A stretch of DNA of 42,833 bases from the NCBI GenBank assembly GCA_900617105.1, contig UYFQ01000022.1, positions 1 to 42,833 on the forward strand, in the 5' to 3' direction. The notes under the pieces were generated by a model. That model saw nothing but the letters and a program-made list of their open reading frames with translations, made no database searches and was not told the origin of the DNA. How positions within the stretch are numbered: the stretch's first letter is position 1; the number at the start of each line of letters is the position of its first letter. A program made the position numbers and the translations under genes. Of the stretch, positions 32,901-41,568 are shown in pieces. The stretch comes from Hydrurus foetidus. Its lineage: Eukaryota.

Positions 32901-33696
32901 GTATGCGCGGCAAGCAAGACCAGGCTAAGAAAGAGAAACTGGAGATGAATCTACAGGCAGATAAAATTCTTCCTCCCCACCTTGATGCTCACGCTGTGCT
33001 CGGCGGCTGTCCCGACTTCTACTATGAGAAGACTGCTCTCCAATTTCTTGTCGAGTCGCGCGGCCATATTCTCCTACCCTCTGTAGTTTGCACGCCGGAA
33101 ACCGCAGGAGGTGGTATCGAATATGGATGGGGGAAATTGAAGTTTGAGCAAAGGAAGGAAAATAATGGAGCTGTCAAATTGGAGTCGGGCTTGAAGTTCA
33201 TCGAGAGAGTTCGGAGGCTCTGCATGAATAAGGATGTCTTACCGATGACGAGGATATTCAAGTACCAAAGGCGCGCGCGAGATTACATAAGAATGTATCT
33301 CGATCTTGGCGAGCGCGAAGGCAAGAGCGCGCCTTCGCATTCTGTTCTGGAGAGAATGAGGCGAAAGTCAAAAACACATCGGAACATCATGGAAATCGAC
33401 AGAGATTTCGTTCGGGAATAATGACCACCAACCATTTTGGGGGAGAAATTGCCGCTTTGAATATGAAGAGGCGGAGAAAGTAGAGCTGGCATGATGCTGT
33501 AGTTTGCGGAAGAGATGCTTGTGAATTACTTTCATCGACGACCAGGAATTTATTTTGAATGTTTAAACATGAAACGAAGTGTCAGACGTACGGACGGTAT
33601 ATTTTTAAGATTTTTTAAGGATTTTTTCTCGTAACGGAAATTTTAAGATGTTTTTTCTCAAAACCGGAAATGGCCTTTCTTGGCGTCACCAGCCCG
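29958..33696 (+). mobile_element. Autonomous IS630-Tc1-mariner-superfamily DNA transposon
   Basis: TA duplication (29956-29957 and 33697-33698), confirmed by the uninterrupted 5' LTR; 12-bp TIR C(A/G)GGCTGGTGAC; intact two-exon transposase. Confidence 0.9.
30322..33421 (+). CDS. ~1005-aa DDE transposase, join(30322..31670,31753..33421)
   Basis: 82-bp phase-2 GT-AG intron (31671-31752) joins the two ORFs in frame (KDFRER-YGPNQVRLS). HTH-like TITRWFNDFKK and RRTVHRWM, YYTDSHE, catalytic QDEAVF, EVDHSSGH and PETAGGGIEYGWG. First ATG is at 30325. Confidence 0.88.
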
Positions 33697-33698
33697 TA

Positions 33699-33750
33699 AG
33701 CAATTCTGTTTCTACCGATTCCTTTCCGGTTTTGGTCCCGATTCCTGACA
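33699..33750 (+). repeat. Copia 3' LTR, right piece
   Basis: AGCAATTCTG...CCTGACA matches 24307-24358. Confidence 0.92.
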
Positions 33751-33776
33751 CTAGCGGCCCCCCCCCTCCCAAAAAA

Positions 33777-33814
33777 AATCCGACCTGATTAATTAATCCA
33801 AGACTGCGCCGCCC
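33777..33814 (-). repeat. Right TIR (38 bp) of the outer element
   Basis: Exact reverse complement of 4866-4903. Confidence 0.9.
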
Positions 33815-33860
33815 TGGACTCCATTAACAACTCTTCACATCGAATGGGACTTCGAACGTA

Positions 33861-35174
33861 ATGGACAGCCGGAAAAAGTTGAAGGAGAGGCGACAGAAAA
33901 TACTGACAGCCACCCCCAACATTATCCGCGCGCTGTTCAAGAATGTTAAAGGGAAAGAAGCATCTCTGAATTTTATTCGAGAGGGACAACAGCTTGGCAT
34001 TCTTCAAAAATGTGATTTATCTTTCACTTACGGAGAAGTTGTGTCTGTCAGCTTTGTGCAGATACTTGGATTCGTAGCAAACTCGAATCATCTGAATAAT
34101 TTCGGTGCGATAGATCCTACGTGCGCAAGGGTTTTCTACGATTTGGGCTGTGGGACTGGCCGAGCCGTAATATGTGCTGCTCTATCTCATGAGTTCACGA
34201 AGGTGGTAGGAATTGAACTCGTTCCTGAGCTAGTAAACATTGCTACGAATGTCAAGGACTGCTTAGTTAAAGCATGCGAGGGCATCTCTGGTGATACTAT
34301 CGAAGTGTCATCAACTCTTGAAGTGAAAAGGAAGTATGGAATCACTCCTTTAAATCATGGAGAGCTGGTCGAGATCATAAGGGGGATAATTTCGTCCAGT
34401 GCAATCCCGCCTGGAGGGTTCTGCTCTCAACAGGTCATATGCAATGAGCTAACAAAGCAGCTAGGTAGTAAGCAGTACAGATTATCAATTCAGCCTTTCA
34501 GAAAGTTTTCGAAGTTTCTCGAAAGCAACGCAGAGAAATTTGCAGTGACTGGTGATGACGAAGTCAGAAATGTAACGGTTAAGTGCGTCAAAGAGCAGCA
34601 TGCTGCTGTCGAAGCTGTTATTCTAGGAGGTCATGCAGGAGAATTATCCCGAGACACTGAAGGCTCGCAGAGTCACAACAACGACTTGGAATTTGATTCT
34701 ATCGACAACAGCAGCTTGTACTGTGCTGAAAACTCCAACGATTGTGATGACATAACTGCTACTGCTACCTCAATGACTTCTTCAAATAATTCTCATGATG
34801 TCGATTTGAACAAATCGTGCGAAGAAAGCATCCGTTCTGTGGTATCTATCATAAGAGACAAGAGAACGCCAGGAATCCTTGAAGCACTAACTCCGCTTCC
34901 AGAAATAGAATTTGTAGTCGAGAATATATTCAACTACCCGTGGTATGATGATGCATATGTTGTCTACGCTGCGTCACTGCTATTCAGCGATGACATGATG
35001 CGGCAGTTGACAGATCAAGCGCTGAAGATGAAGCAGGGGTCTTGGATCATTTCATTGAAGCCACTGCTATTGACAGCAAGCGAGAGCTTGTCGAAATTAG
35101 TCTTGAGGGAGAGAAGTTTTCATAAAATGTCCTGGCAAATGGCTGAAGTTTTCATCTACCAGACTATCGCTTAG
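33861..35174 (+). CDS. DOT1-like class I SAM-dependent methyltransferase with large internal insertion
   Basis: FTYGEV, FYDLGCGTGRAV (motif I), VVGIEL, then after ~200 extra residues NIFNYPWYDDAYVVYAASLLFSDDMM and MSW...VFIY. Intronless 437-aa ORF. Confidence 0.8.
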   Translation: MDSRKKLKERRQKILTATPNIIRALFKNVKGKEASLNFIREGQQLGILQKCDLSFTYGEVVSVSFVQILGFVANSNHLNNFGAIDPTCARVFYDLGCGTGRAVICAALSHEFTKVVGIELVPELVNIATNVKDCLVKACEGISGDTIEVSSTLEVKRKYGITPLNHGELVEIIRGIISSSAIPPGGFCSQQVICNELTKQLGSKQYRLSIQPFRKFSKFLESNAEKFAVTGDDEVRNVTVKCVKEQHAAVEAVILGGHAGELSRDTEGSQSHNNDLEFDSIDNSSLYCAENSNDCDDITATATSMTSSNNSHDVDLNKSCEESIRSVVSIIRDKRTPGILEALTPLPEIEFVVENIFNYPWYDDAYVVYAASLLFSDDMMRQLTDQALKMKQGSWIISLKPLLLTASESLSKLVLRERSFHKMSWQMAEVFIYQTIA

Positions 35175-35418
35175 TTAGGAATCAGAAAATGAATTAGAAC
35201 TTTATTTCAGGCCTCCAGATTCTCTCCACCCATAGAGTCAACAGAAATTCACTCAAGTACTTCCTATTATATTTTTTTTAACTCGTTGATGAGATTGCGC
35301 GTAATCGATGCAACAACTGGTTGAATGTGTGATGAAGCTCATAAAGAGAAAGTAACTGCTGAGTACGATTAGCTTATTTGCAGTAAAAAAATATCGTTTA
35401 CATATTGACAGGGTGCTT

Positions 35419-36786
35419 TCACAAGGTCCACCCTTTGTTACACACTGAGTTGTCATGTGCTTTGATTATATGTGAATTATCCTCTATTACAGAATAATCA
35501 AACTTCGTCGATGACCAGTCGAGGGGTGGTTCCACTGGCGGAAAATTGTGACCAGAAAAAGGAATGAAATCCATAAGATGACGATAGGCTTCACCCACGT
35601 CGTCCCAGACGATCGAAAAGGAGGATCCATTTGCAACTGATGAGTTATTATATATGACTAGCGTTAAGTCTACCCATTCGGGATCCCAGCTATCAGGAAT
35701 TCTGTTAATTTGGCCTTTGCCGCGATAAGCTGCCCTTATATTACTTTGTCTTTCAGTCATTAATGTGACATCTGTGATGCCGTTCTCACTAAAAACAATG
35801 ACAGGCCGAGTGTCTGCTATGATCCATGAGTAGAAATCCTTCAGATGCGTGACATCGACTGTGAAGGATAGTTGCCCCGCCGGAACATTGGGATCACCAG
35901 TTACCTTCAAGCCATTGATAACGGAAAAAGGTTCCCTGAGATCGGCATTATAGTTGTCAGGACCCTCAAGGACTCTTTCGTCGTTTTCTGTTAAGGAAAT
36001 GTGCAAAAGTTCTAGCCCGTGGGACCCATAGCACGCAACAAATAAACCAGTGATGCTGCTGACGTGTCCATGTATACTTGCACGCCTAGCCGCGCTTAGA
36101 TTTGTTTTGCATTTCATATAATTGCAGGGTAGAGGTTGAAGTAGATAGTTGCCATTTCTGGATACGGCTTTCAGTTTGATTCCTCCGTTGTCGCAGAATT
36201 CAAGAGTAAATAGCCTCATGTTGTTCAGTCGGCTCTCAAGCGTCTTCCCATCCAAACTGCATGTGACTTTCATTCTGCAAAGTGCCTGTCCAGTAGGATC
36301 TATTATTTCAAGAATTATAGTTTCGGGGGCGTTCGTGGTAATCTTGTCTCGTCTTATGCAAACCAGTCCTCCTCTACTGAAGTGTGTTTGCGTCGATAAG
36401 TCGTTTTCGACATAAGGGACCACTCTATACCACCCTATGAGACTACATTTCGCTCTATGCAGGCACAAATACAAAGATTTGGTGTCAAGAAATTTGAGTG
36501 CTGAGATGGCCTCGTTAACAAATTCGTTTGCTCTCCTCGGTGACTGCGTACTGGCTAGGTATTTAGTCCCGTAATAGCTCCAAAGAAAGTTGTTGCGTAA
36601 CAGACATTTCGCCCGTTTGCACGTTGCACCATAGTTGGAGGCATCGATTGGGTTTAGAAAACATATGACCTCGAACAGCCATATAGACTGAGAGTCAGTA
36701 AGTTTTTCGTGAAACGATGTCCCTCCCATACATTGCGATCCCCCTCTTGACAAGAATAGCGGTGTTGGATCCGTGCATGACGTCAT
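35419..36786 (-). CDS. F-box protein with FBXO31-like (Cyclin D1-binding type) C-terminal domain
   Basis: N-terminal F-box-like WLFEVICFLNPIDASNYGATCKR...LW; C-terminal GLFVACYGSHGLELL, GLKVTGDPNVPAGQLSF, YRGKGQI and PEWV motifs. Confidence 0.8.
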   Translation of the reverse strand: MTSCTDPTPLFLSRGGSQCMGGTSFHEKLTDSQSIWLFEVICFLNPIDASNYGATCKRAKCLLRNNFLWSYYGTKYLASTQSPRRANEFVNEAISALKFLDTKSLYLCLHRAKCSLIGWYRVVPYVENDLSTQTHFSRGGLVCIRRDKITTNAPETIILEIIDPTGQALCRMKVTCSLDGKTLESRLNNMRLFTLEFCDNGGIKLKAVSRNGNYLLQPLPCNYMKCKTNLSAARRASIHGHVSSITGLFVACYGSHGLELLHISLTENDERVLEGPDNYNADLREPFSVINGLKVTGDPNVPAGQLSFTVDVTHLKDFYSWIIADTRPVIVFSENGITDVTLMTERQSNIRAAYRGKGQINRIPDSWDPEWVDLTLVIYNNSSVANGSSFSIVWDDVGEAYRHLMDFIPFSGHNFPPVEPPLDWSSTKFDYSVIEDNSHIIKAHDNSVCNKGWTL

Positions 36787-37352
36787 ATTTCGTCAGAGGC
36801 CTATCTGTCTCTAGACTGGTTGTGTCCCGTTCAATTCATTTGAACATCCTGGCTCAACGCGATCGTTGGAAAGCTCGAAGGCTTCTCCTCTCCCGTGCAA
36901 ATTGATGTTATTCTTTTGTGTTTCTTCATTTATAACTGCCTTTGCACTTTGTTGTTCGGCTTTTTCGTGCGCCTGTAGCAGTGGTCTCAACCATACATGT
37001 GCTGCGATGTTCTCGTTGGGCTGGAAGCTTTCGAAGACCTTTCACCGGTACACTACCAGCAGAAATAGTCGTTCTGAATTCTGAATAATCCTGAAAGTGT
37101 TCTCGTTCTTGACGTCATCAAATTCGGTAATGTTCCAACGAGTACGTTCAGAAACAGTTTTTTTTGGAAAAAGTCAAAAAGTCCGCACTTGACCTGTATC
37201 TTACGGGTAGACCCTGGACCAGAAACCAGATGATAGAATCTACTTAGATACCGTCGAGTGCCTATTCTTTTGCCATTTTCGATTTCCGGTTTTCGGAATT
37301 TCGGGGATTTTTGGCTTTTTCCCAACAATTTCGCAACAACTAGAGAAGTGGG

Positions 37353-37860
37353 TGTGAGTCAGACTGTGGAGTGAAGCGAGCTACCTGTTGGCTGCGGAAG
37401 CGCAAAGGAAAGACTGGCTGATGGAAGTGGTCTCGGAAGACGTGTTTACTTACAACGATCAAGTAGTAAAACAACTGGCGATGATATCAGAGAAGACAAC
37501 CATCAAAGAAGCAGAGCAAAGCATCCATTGTGCATGAAATGGTGATCGCCGAAGTGGAAACATATTCAGCGAATATTCAAGTTGGCGATTGAGCAATGGG
37601 CGGAACCCTCGCTGCTCATGAAATCGGATGCTTGGTGGAAACCGGATACCTGGTGGGAATCCGGATGCTTGGTGGTGAAAAACCGGATGCTTGGTGATGG
37701 CCCCGAAGGGGGATATCGCTAGAAGAACGATGAGCGTATGTACACAACAGTGTATGGCGGTGTTTTGGGTGAGGAAGCGCTACACTACTTGTGACATGTG
37801 AATGCTAATCTACAGATGAAACTATGCTAACAGATCATGCATGAATATGCTGGACTGACA
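37353..37860 (-). repeat. Putative 3' LTR (~508 bp) of the second Copia
   Basis: Begins TGTCAGTC right after the PPT (plus strand TGACA|CTCCCCGT). Probable end at plus-strand TGTGAGTC (7/8 inverted match). Contains four CGGATRCYTGGTG repeats at ~37625-37696. The partner LTR is not in the window. Confidence 0.6.
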
Positions 37861-38067
37861 CTCCCCGTAGTGAAGATGTAGCTGAACGTGTTATTGAGAG
37901 TATCGAAATGAATGATATGTGTATATATACTCCCCGTACTGAGGATGTACTCCCCGTACGAGAGATTTGGCAAAAAGTGTAAAAAGTTAGTTATAATATA
38001 TGCGTGCACTCATATAAGATAGTAAAATTATTACGTATGTTAGAAATATGGATATTAAGTATTTATG

Positions 38068-40938
38068 TTATTTAATATTATTTCGTAAAGACTTGTCAAC
38101 GAGCCTGTGCGTTAGGTATTCGAAAAGTGGTAGTGGAACTCTTTTCGTACCTATGTCTGAGTTGTTTTCGCCCGAAGGGATTTTAACAATGACACAGGTA
38201 CCATCGGCGACTTTGTCCTTAAAGTAGTTTTCGCTCAGGTCAATGTGACGAAGGTTCTTGGTCATGTGTGTATGATTTGAAGCATCAACACAAGCAGAAT
38301 TGTCTTCTTCGATGACTGTAGGAGCTTGTGTCCATCCCATGTGGTTTAGTATGCCCCGGAGGGGAATGACATCGGATTTTAGTGCGTGATTAACTGCCTT
38401 GATTTCGGATTCTGCAGTTGATGATGAGATGCTGCCTTGGTCGGTACTCTTCCAGCAGATGACATTGTCGGCGAGGTAGCCAATGTAGGAGGTCTGGGAG
38501 TGACGGTTGTCTTTGTTACCGGCGAGGTCGGCGTCGCATTGGAACTTCAACTGCAGTAGACTGGTCATCGTAGCGATGTCGGTGGGACCGTCGTGTGTGG
38601 TGAATTTCAGTCTATCCATCTTGGCGTATTTGACATATCGAAGTAGGTGTTTAAGGAACTTGATGTGTCGTGCACCTGGACTGTTACTATATCTGGATAG
38701 TATGTTGAGCGCGTACATGATTGTAATCAATGTGTGTACCATTCCGTACATAAGTTGACCAACTACCCGTCGGTAGGGATACTTATTATACATGTGCCTA
38801 TCGAGATCGGTAGAGTTGTCCGCCTTGGACAGACTCTCACCAGAAGGTGGATATGGTAGATGCTCATCGGCGGCGCCAGCAAGGTTGGCCTCCGATACGA
38901 TGGATGTGATCATGCGTGACTGATCCATGTAGTAGTTGAAGTGTTCATCGCATGTAATGCGGATGCCGACGAACTCTTTGGAGGTCGCGTCGGTGACTTC
39001 ATACTTGTGGGAGTTGAATGTAGCGATGAGGAGATCCCATTCGCTAATGAGTGCAAGTGGTCCGAACCATCTGAAGTCGTCTGAGTGTGCTATCAGGATT
39101 AGGGGTTGACCTTGGACCCACTTAAAGAAGAACTTTAAGTCCCACGGTGTGTTTTCGTATCCACATTCGCGTACACATTTGTCGAATTCCTTTGAGAAAT
39201 TCTGGCCAGCTGGTGGAAAACCGTATAGGTTGCCAATGGCTTGAAAGCATGTGCCAAAAGGTGTGGTGTAACCTTGAGGTGTCTTTATGTGAACGGGAAA
39301 GTCGGGGTTAGCGAGTGTGATCAAGTAGGCGCCTACTAAATCTCCTCCCCGCATGGATAGTTTATAGGTTGCGGCGATGACGAGTGCAATCTTGATCGAT
39401 GACGCATTGACATTACCGCAGTATACTGCGTAGGGGTCGAAGTCGACCCAGGGTATCATGAGATCACCACGACCGACGAGGCGGGCCTTCTTAGTGCCGT
39501 CAGTCTTGATACTGAAGAGCCACATCATTGGTACGAGGTGCTGGCCGGTGAAGGGGACAGACCGGAAGCAGTTGTTGACTTCAAACTTTGTGCGTTCAGT
39601 GTTGATGGCCTGTTCCCACTCTGGGTACTGCATTGCGGTCCAGAAGTCTTTGGGGATGTAGGGATCCTTGATTTGGACTGCTATGTTGTAGTGCAGGACT
39701 TGGAAGAGGTGAACAGGGAAGCATGTGGAGGAACTGGTGTAGGTGGACCAGTATATCATGTCATCGTTGACTGAGTGCTCTGTCTCAGCGACAGGGGTTA
39801 TATAGTCGGGGTCGATAAGGGGTGCAGGTGAGGGGAGGCCGGGTAGGTCGACTCGCTCAGGCACCACAATAGGGTCATTATCATTATCAGTATAGTAGAG
39901 GGACGGGATGAGGGCGAAGGCCTCGTCGGTAGGGAAGTGTGCATCTGAGTCATGCTTGAAGTTGTTGTGCATGTCGAAGATGACATCCTTACTGACTCGA
40001 ACAGTACCGTAGGTGTTCTTGGGTAGTATTTCTAATACTAAATATTGTGGTACTAGTATAGATGTAAAACTATAACCAACGAACCGAGCACGGTAGGCAC
40101 GAGGTGACCCAACTTTACTTTTCTGATCTTTGGGTGCGTGCTTGACATAGCAGGGTGCCCAGAATGGTCGAAGCATCCTGATGTCCACGTGTTGCCCAGA
40201 AGTGAAGTGATACGGAGAAGTACCAATACGCTTGTTAAGGTTAAAGGAATGAGTAACACATGCATAGGACATTGCAAGGTCCCAGAACTTCATTGGCACA
40301 TGCGGAACAGGGGTTATCATGGCAACGTTGGTCTTGAGAGCTACAATGCCGACTGCTCGCTCAGCGATGCCGTTGGCATGTTTGTCACGAGGTGCAGTGT
40401 GCTCAAGTCGGTATCGGTATCGGGCGCAAAGCGCAGTAAATTCTTCAGATCGGTAGTTGGCCTCTGGGTCATGCCGGATGAAGCGATCAACCCCAGGGGT
40501 ATTGTGGTTCCATTGGGGGGTTAGGTCGAAGAAGGCTGCAATGCGGGCACAGAGTTCAGAGGCGGACCGGTCTTTTGTATATACAGGATAGTATTGTCCC
40601 GACGCGAGGTCGGTGAGGATGTGAGTGTAACGGTAGTTACGGAATGATGGAGTCGAGTGGGTATAGGCATCCAAGGAGAACTGCTGGCCGACGAGGGTAG
40701 TGGTGTCTCTGTGAATGCGACGATAGTCTGTGGATGCTTGACGCATTGCGCCATGGGCGCATCCAGGACAGACCGGACGGGAGGTGTGTGCATCTTTGGT
40801 GGTGAAGCGAGCATTGAGGGAATGATCGCGGTGCCATGCCATGCCTGGAAGACCGGGGTGGCCTGTGGCTTGATGCACGTGGTCGTACAGTGAAGCGGGA
40901 GTATAGTGTGTGACCAAAAGACTCTCCCGAGTGGTTGG
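38068..40938 (-). CDS. Copia integrase-RT-RNaseH
   Basis: HQATGH/CPGC, SLD/RHD/IAER, KARLVGRG, LYGFPPAG, HSDD, CDADLAG, ESEI, EEDN, SDIGTK. In frame with the upstream protease ORF across one TGA. Confidence 0.9.
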   Translation of the reverse strand, partial: PTTRESLLVTHYTPASLYDHVHQATGHPGLPGMAWHRDHSLNARFTTKDAHTSRPVCPGCAHGAMRQASTDYRRIHRDTTTLVGQQFSLDAYTHSTPSFRNYRYTHILTDLASGQYYPVYTKDRSASELCARIAAFFDLTPQWNHNTPGVDRFIRHDPEANYRSEEFTALCARYRYRLEHTAPRDKHANGIAERAVGIVALKTNVAMITPVPHVPMKFWDLAMSYACVTHSFNLNKRIGTSPYHFTSGQHVDIRMLRPFWAPCYVKHAPKDQKSKVGSPRAYRARFVGYSFTSILVPQYLVLEILPKNTYGTVRVSKDVIFDMHNNFKHDSDAHFPTDEAFALIPSLYYTDNDNDPIVVPERVDLPGLPSPAPLIDPDYITPVAETEHSVNDDMIYWSTYTSSSTCFPVHLFQVLHYNIAVQIKDPYIPKDFWTAMQYPEWEQAINTERTKFEVNNCFRSVPFTGQHLVPMMWLFSIKTDGTKKARLVGRGDLMIPWVDFDPYAVYCGNVNASSIKIALVIAATYKLSMRGGDLVGAYLITLANPDFPVHIKTPQGYTTPFGTCFQAIGNLYGFPPAGQNFSKEFDKCVRECGYENTPWDLKFFFKWVQGQPLILIAHSDDFRWFGPLALISEWDLLIATFNSHKYEVTDATSKEFVGIRITCDEHFNYYMDQSRMITSIVSEANLAGAADEHLPYPPSGESLSKADNSTDLDRHMYNKYPYRRVVGQLMYGMVHTLITIMYALNILSRYSNSPGARHIKFLKHLLRYVKYAKMDRLKFTTHDGPTDIATMTSLLQLKFQCDADLAGNKDNRHSQTSYIGYLADNVICWKSTDQGSISSSTAESEIKAVNHALKSDVIPLRGILNHMGWTQAPTVIEEDNSACVDASNHTHMTKNLRHIDLSENYFKDKVADGTCVIVKIPSGENNSDIGTKRVPLPLFEYLTHRLVDKSLRNNIK

Positions 40939-41568
40939 TCAGTAGGGAGTCTCCACGTAGAGGCCGTCTTGGACGGTTCCACGGGTGACCTCCTTTCCAT
41001 GCTGAGCTACCAGTGCAATGTAGGGAAGGGCTGATGCAGTCTCATAGAAGCGGAAGTCTTTATGAGTGAAGATGCCGATGAAGTGGTCGTTGGTGACACC
41101 GCCAGCGCAGAACTGGGAGACAGAGACAAGGGTGCTGTCGCCTAGTGCAGGGAGAAGGAGGGTGCTAAGCTCCAACGGTCCGAGGCTGCCTTGGTGTGTT
41201 GGTGTCATGGACGGACCGAATGCAGGGGTGACTGTGACGGATGTGCTGACAGGTTCAATGCTGGTAAGACGTTGGGAGCGGCCGGTGCCAGAGCGTGAAG
41301 CACCAGAGTCGAAGATGACCTTGTCGGGGACGTGGAACGAGTTGAGTCTCTCATGTTGGGACTTGACGACGAATGTGTTGAGCTTGAGTCGGAGGTACCG
41401 CCGGATGGTGCAGGAGGGCGAGCTGATGCAAGCGGAGGGCGAGTACTGTTGAAGGCATGTCGGACATTTGTCGAGCGTTGAGATCCGACTGGTGGAGTCA
41501 TTCGGTGGCGCTGGGCACGAGGCATAGTGAAAGGCGAGTCGGATGCAAGTGGTTGCGCGGCTTGCCAA
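40939..41568 (-). CDS. Copia protease region
   Basis: VIFDSGASRS, LVSVSQF and DGLY motifs; degenerate knuckle CPTCLQQYSPSAC. Confidence 0.75.
   Translation of the reverse strand: MASRATTCIRLAFHYASCPAPPNDSTSRISTLDKCPTCLQQYSPSACISSPSCTIRRYLRLKLNTFVVKSQHERLNSFHVPDKVIFDSGASRSGTGRSQRLTSIEPVSTSVTVTPAFGPSMTPTHQGSLGPLELSTLLLPALGDSTLVSVSQFCAGGVTNDHFIGIFTHKDFRFYETASALPYIALVAQHGKEVTRGTVQDGLYVETPY

Larger units (their letters stand above)
24095..33750 (+). mobile_element. Full-length Ty1/Copia LTR retrotransposon, 3' LTR interrupted
   Basis: 264-bp TGTCA...TGACA LTRs that appear identical by eye, TSD CTAG (24091-24094 and 33751-33754), gag-PR-IN-RT-RH order. Confidence 0.95.
4866..33814. mobile_element. 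Large TIR DNA transposon swollen by nested insertions
   Basis: Perfect 38-bp inverted repeats at 4866-4903 and 33777-33814. About 7.7 kb remains after removing the nested elements, and it includes a DDE transposase gene (16755-21171). No clean TSD. Confidence 0.6.

Noticed and set aside
36811..37041. Coding-looking minus-strand stretch upstream of the F-box gene
   Set aside because: No ATG, separated from the F-box start by two in-frame stops, and no clear splice join.
37160..37330. Weak inverted repeat GGAAAAAGTCAAAAAGTCC / GGATTTTTGGCTTTTTCC
   Set aside because: Low complexity, imperfect, no definable termini or TSD.
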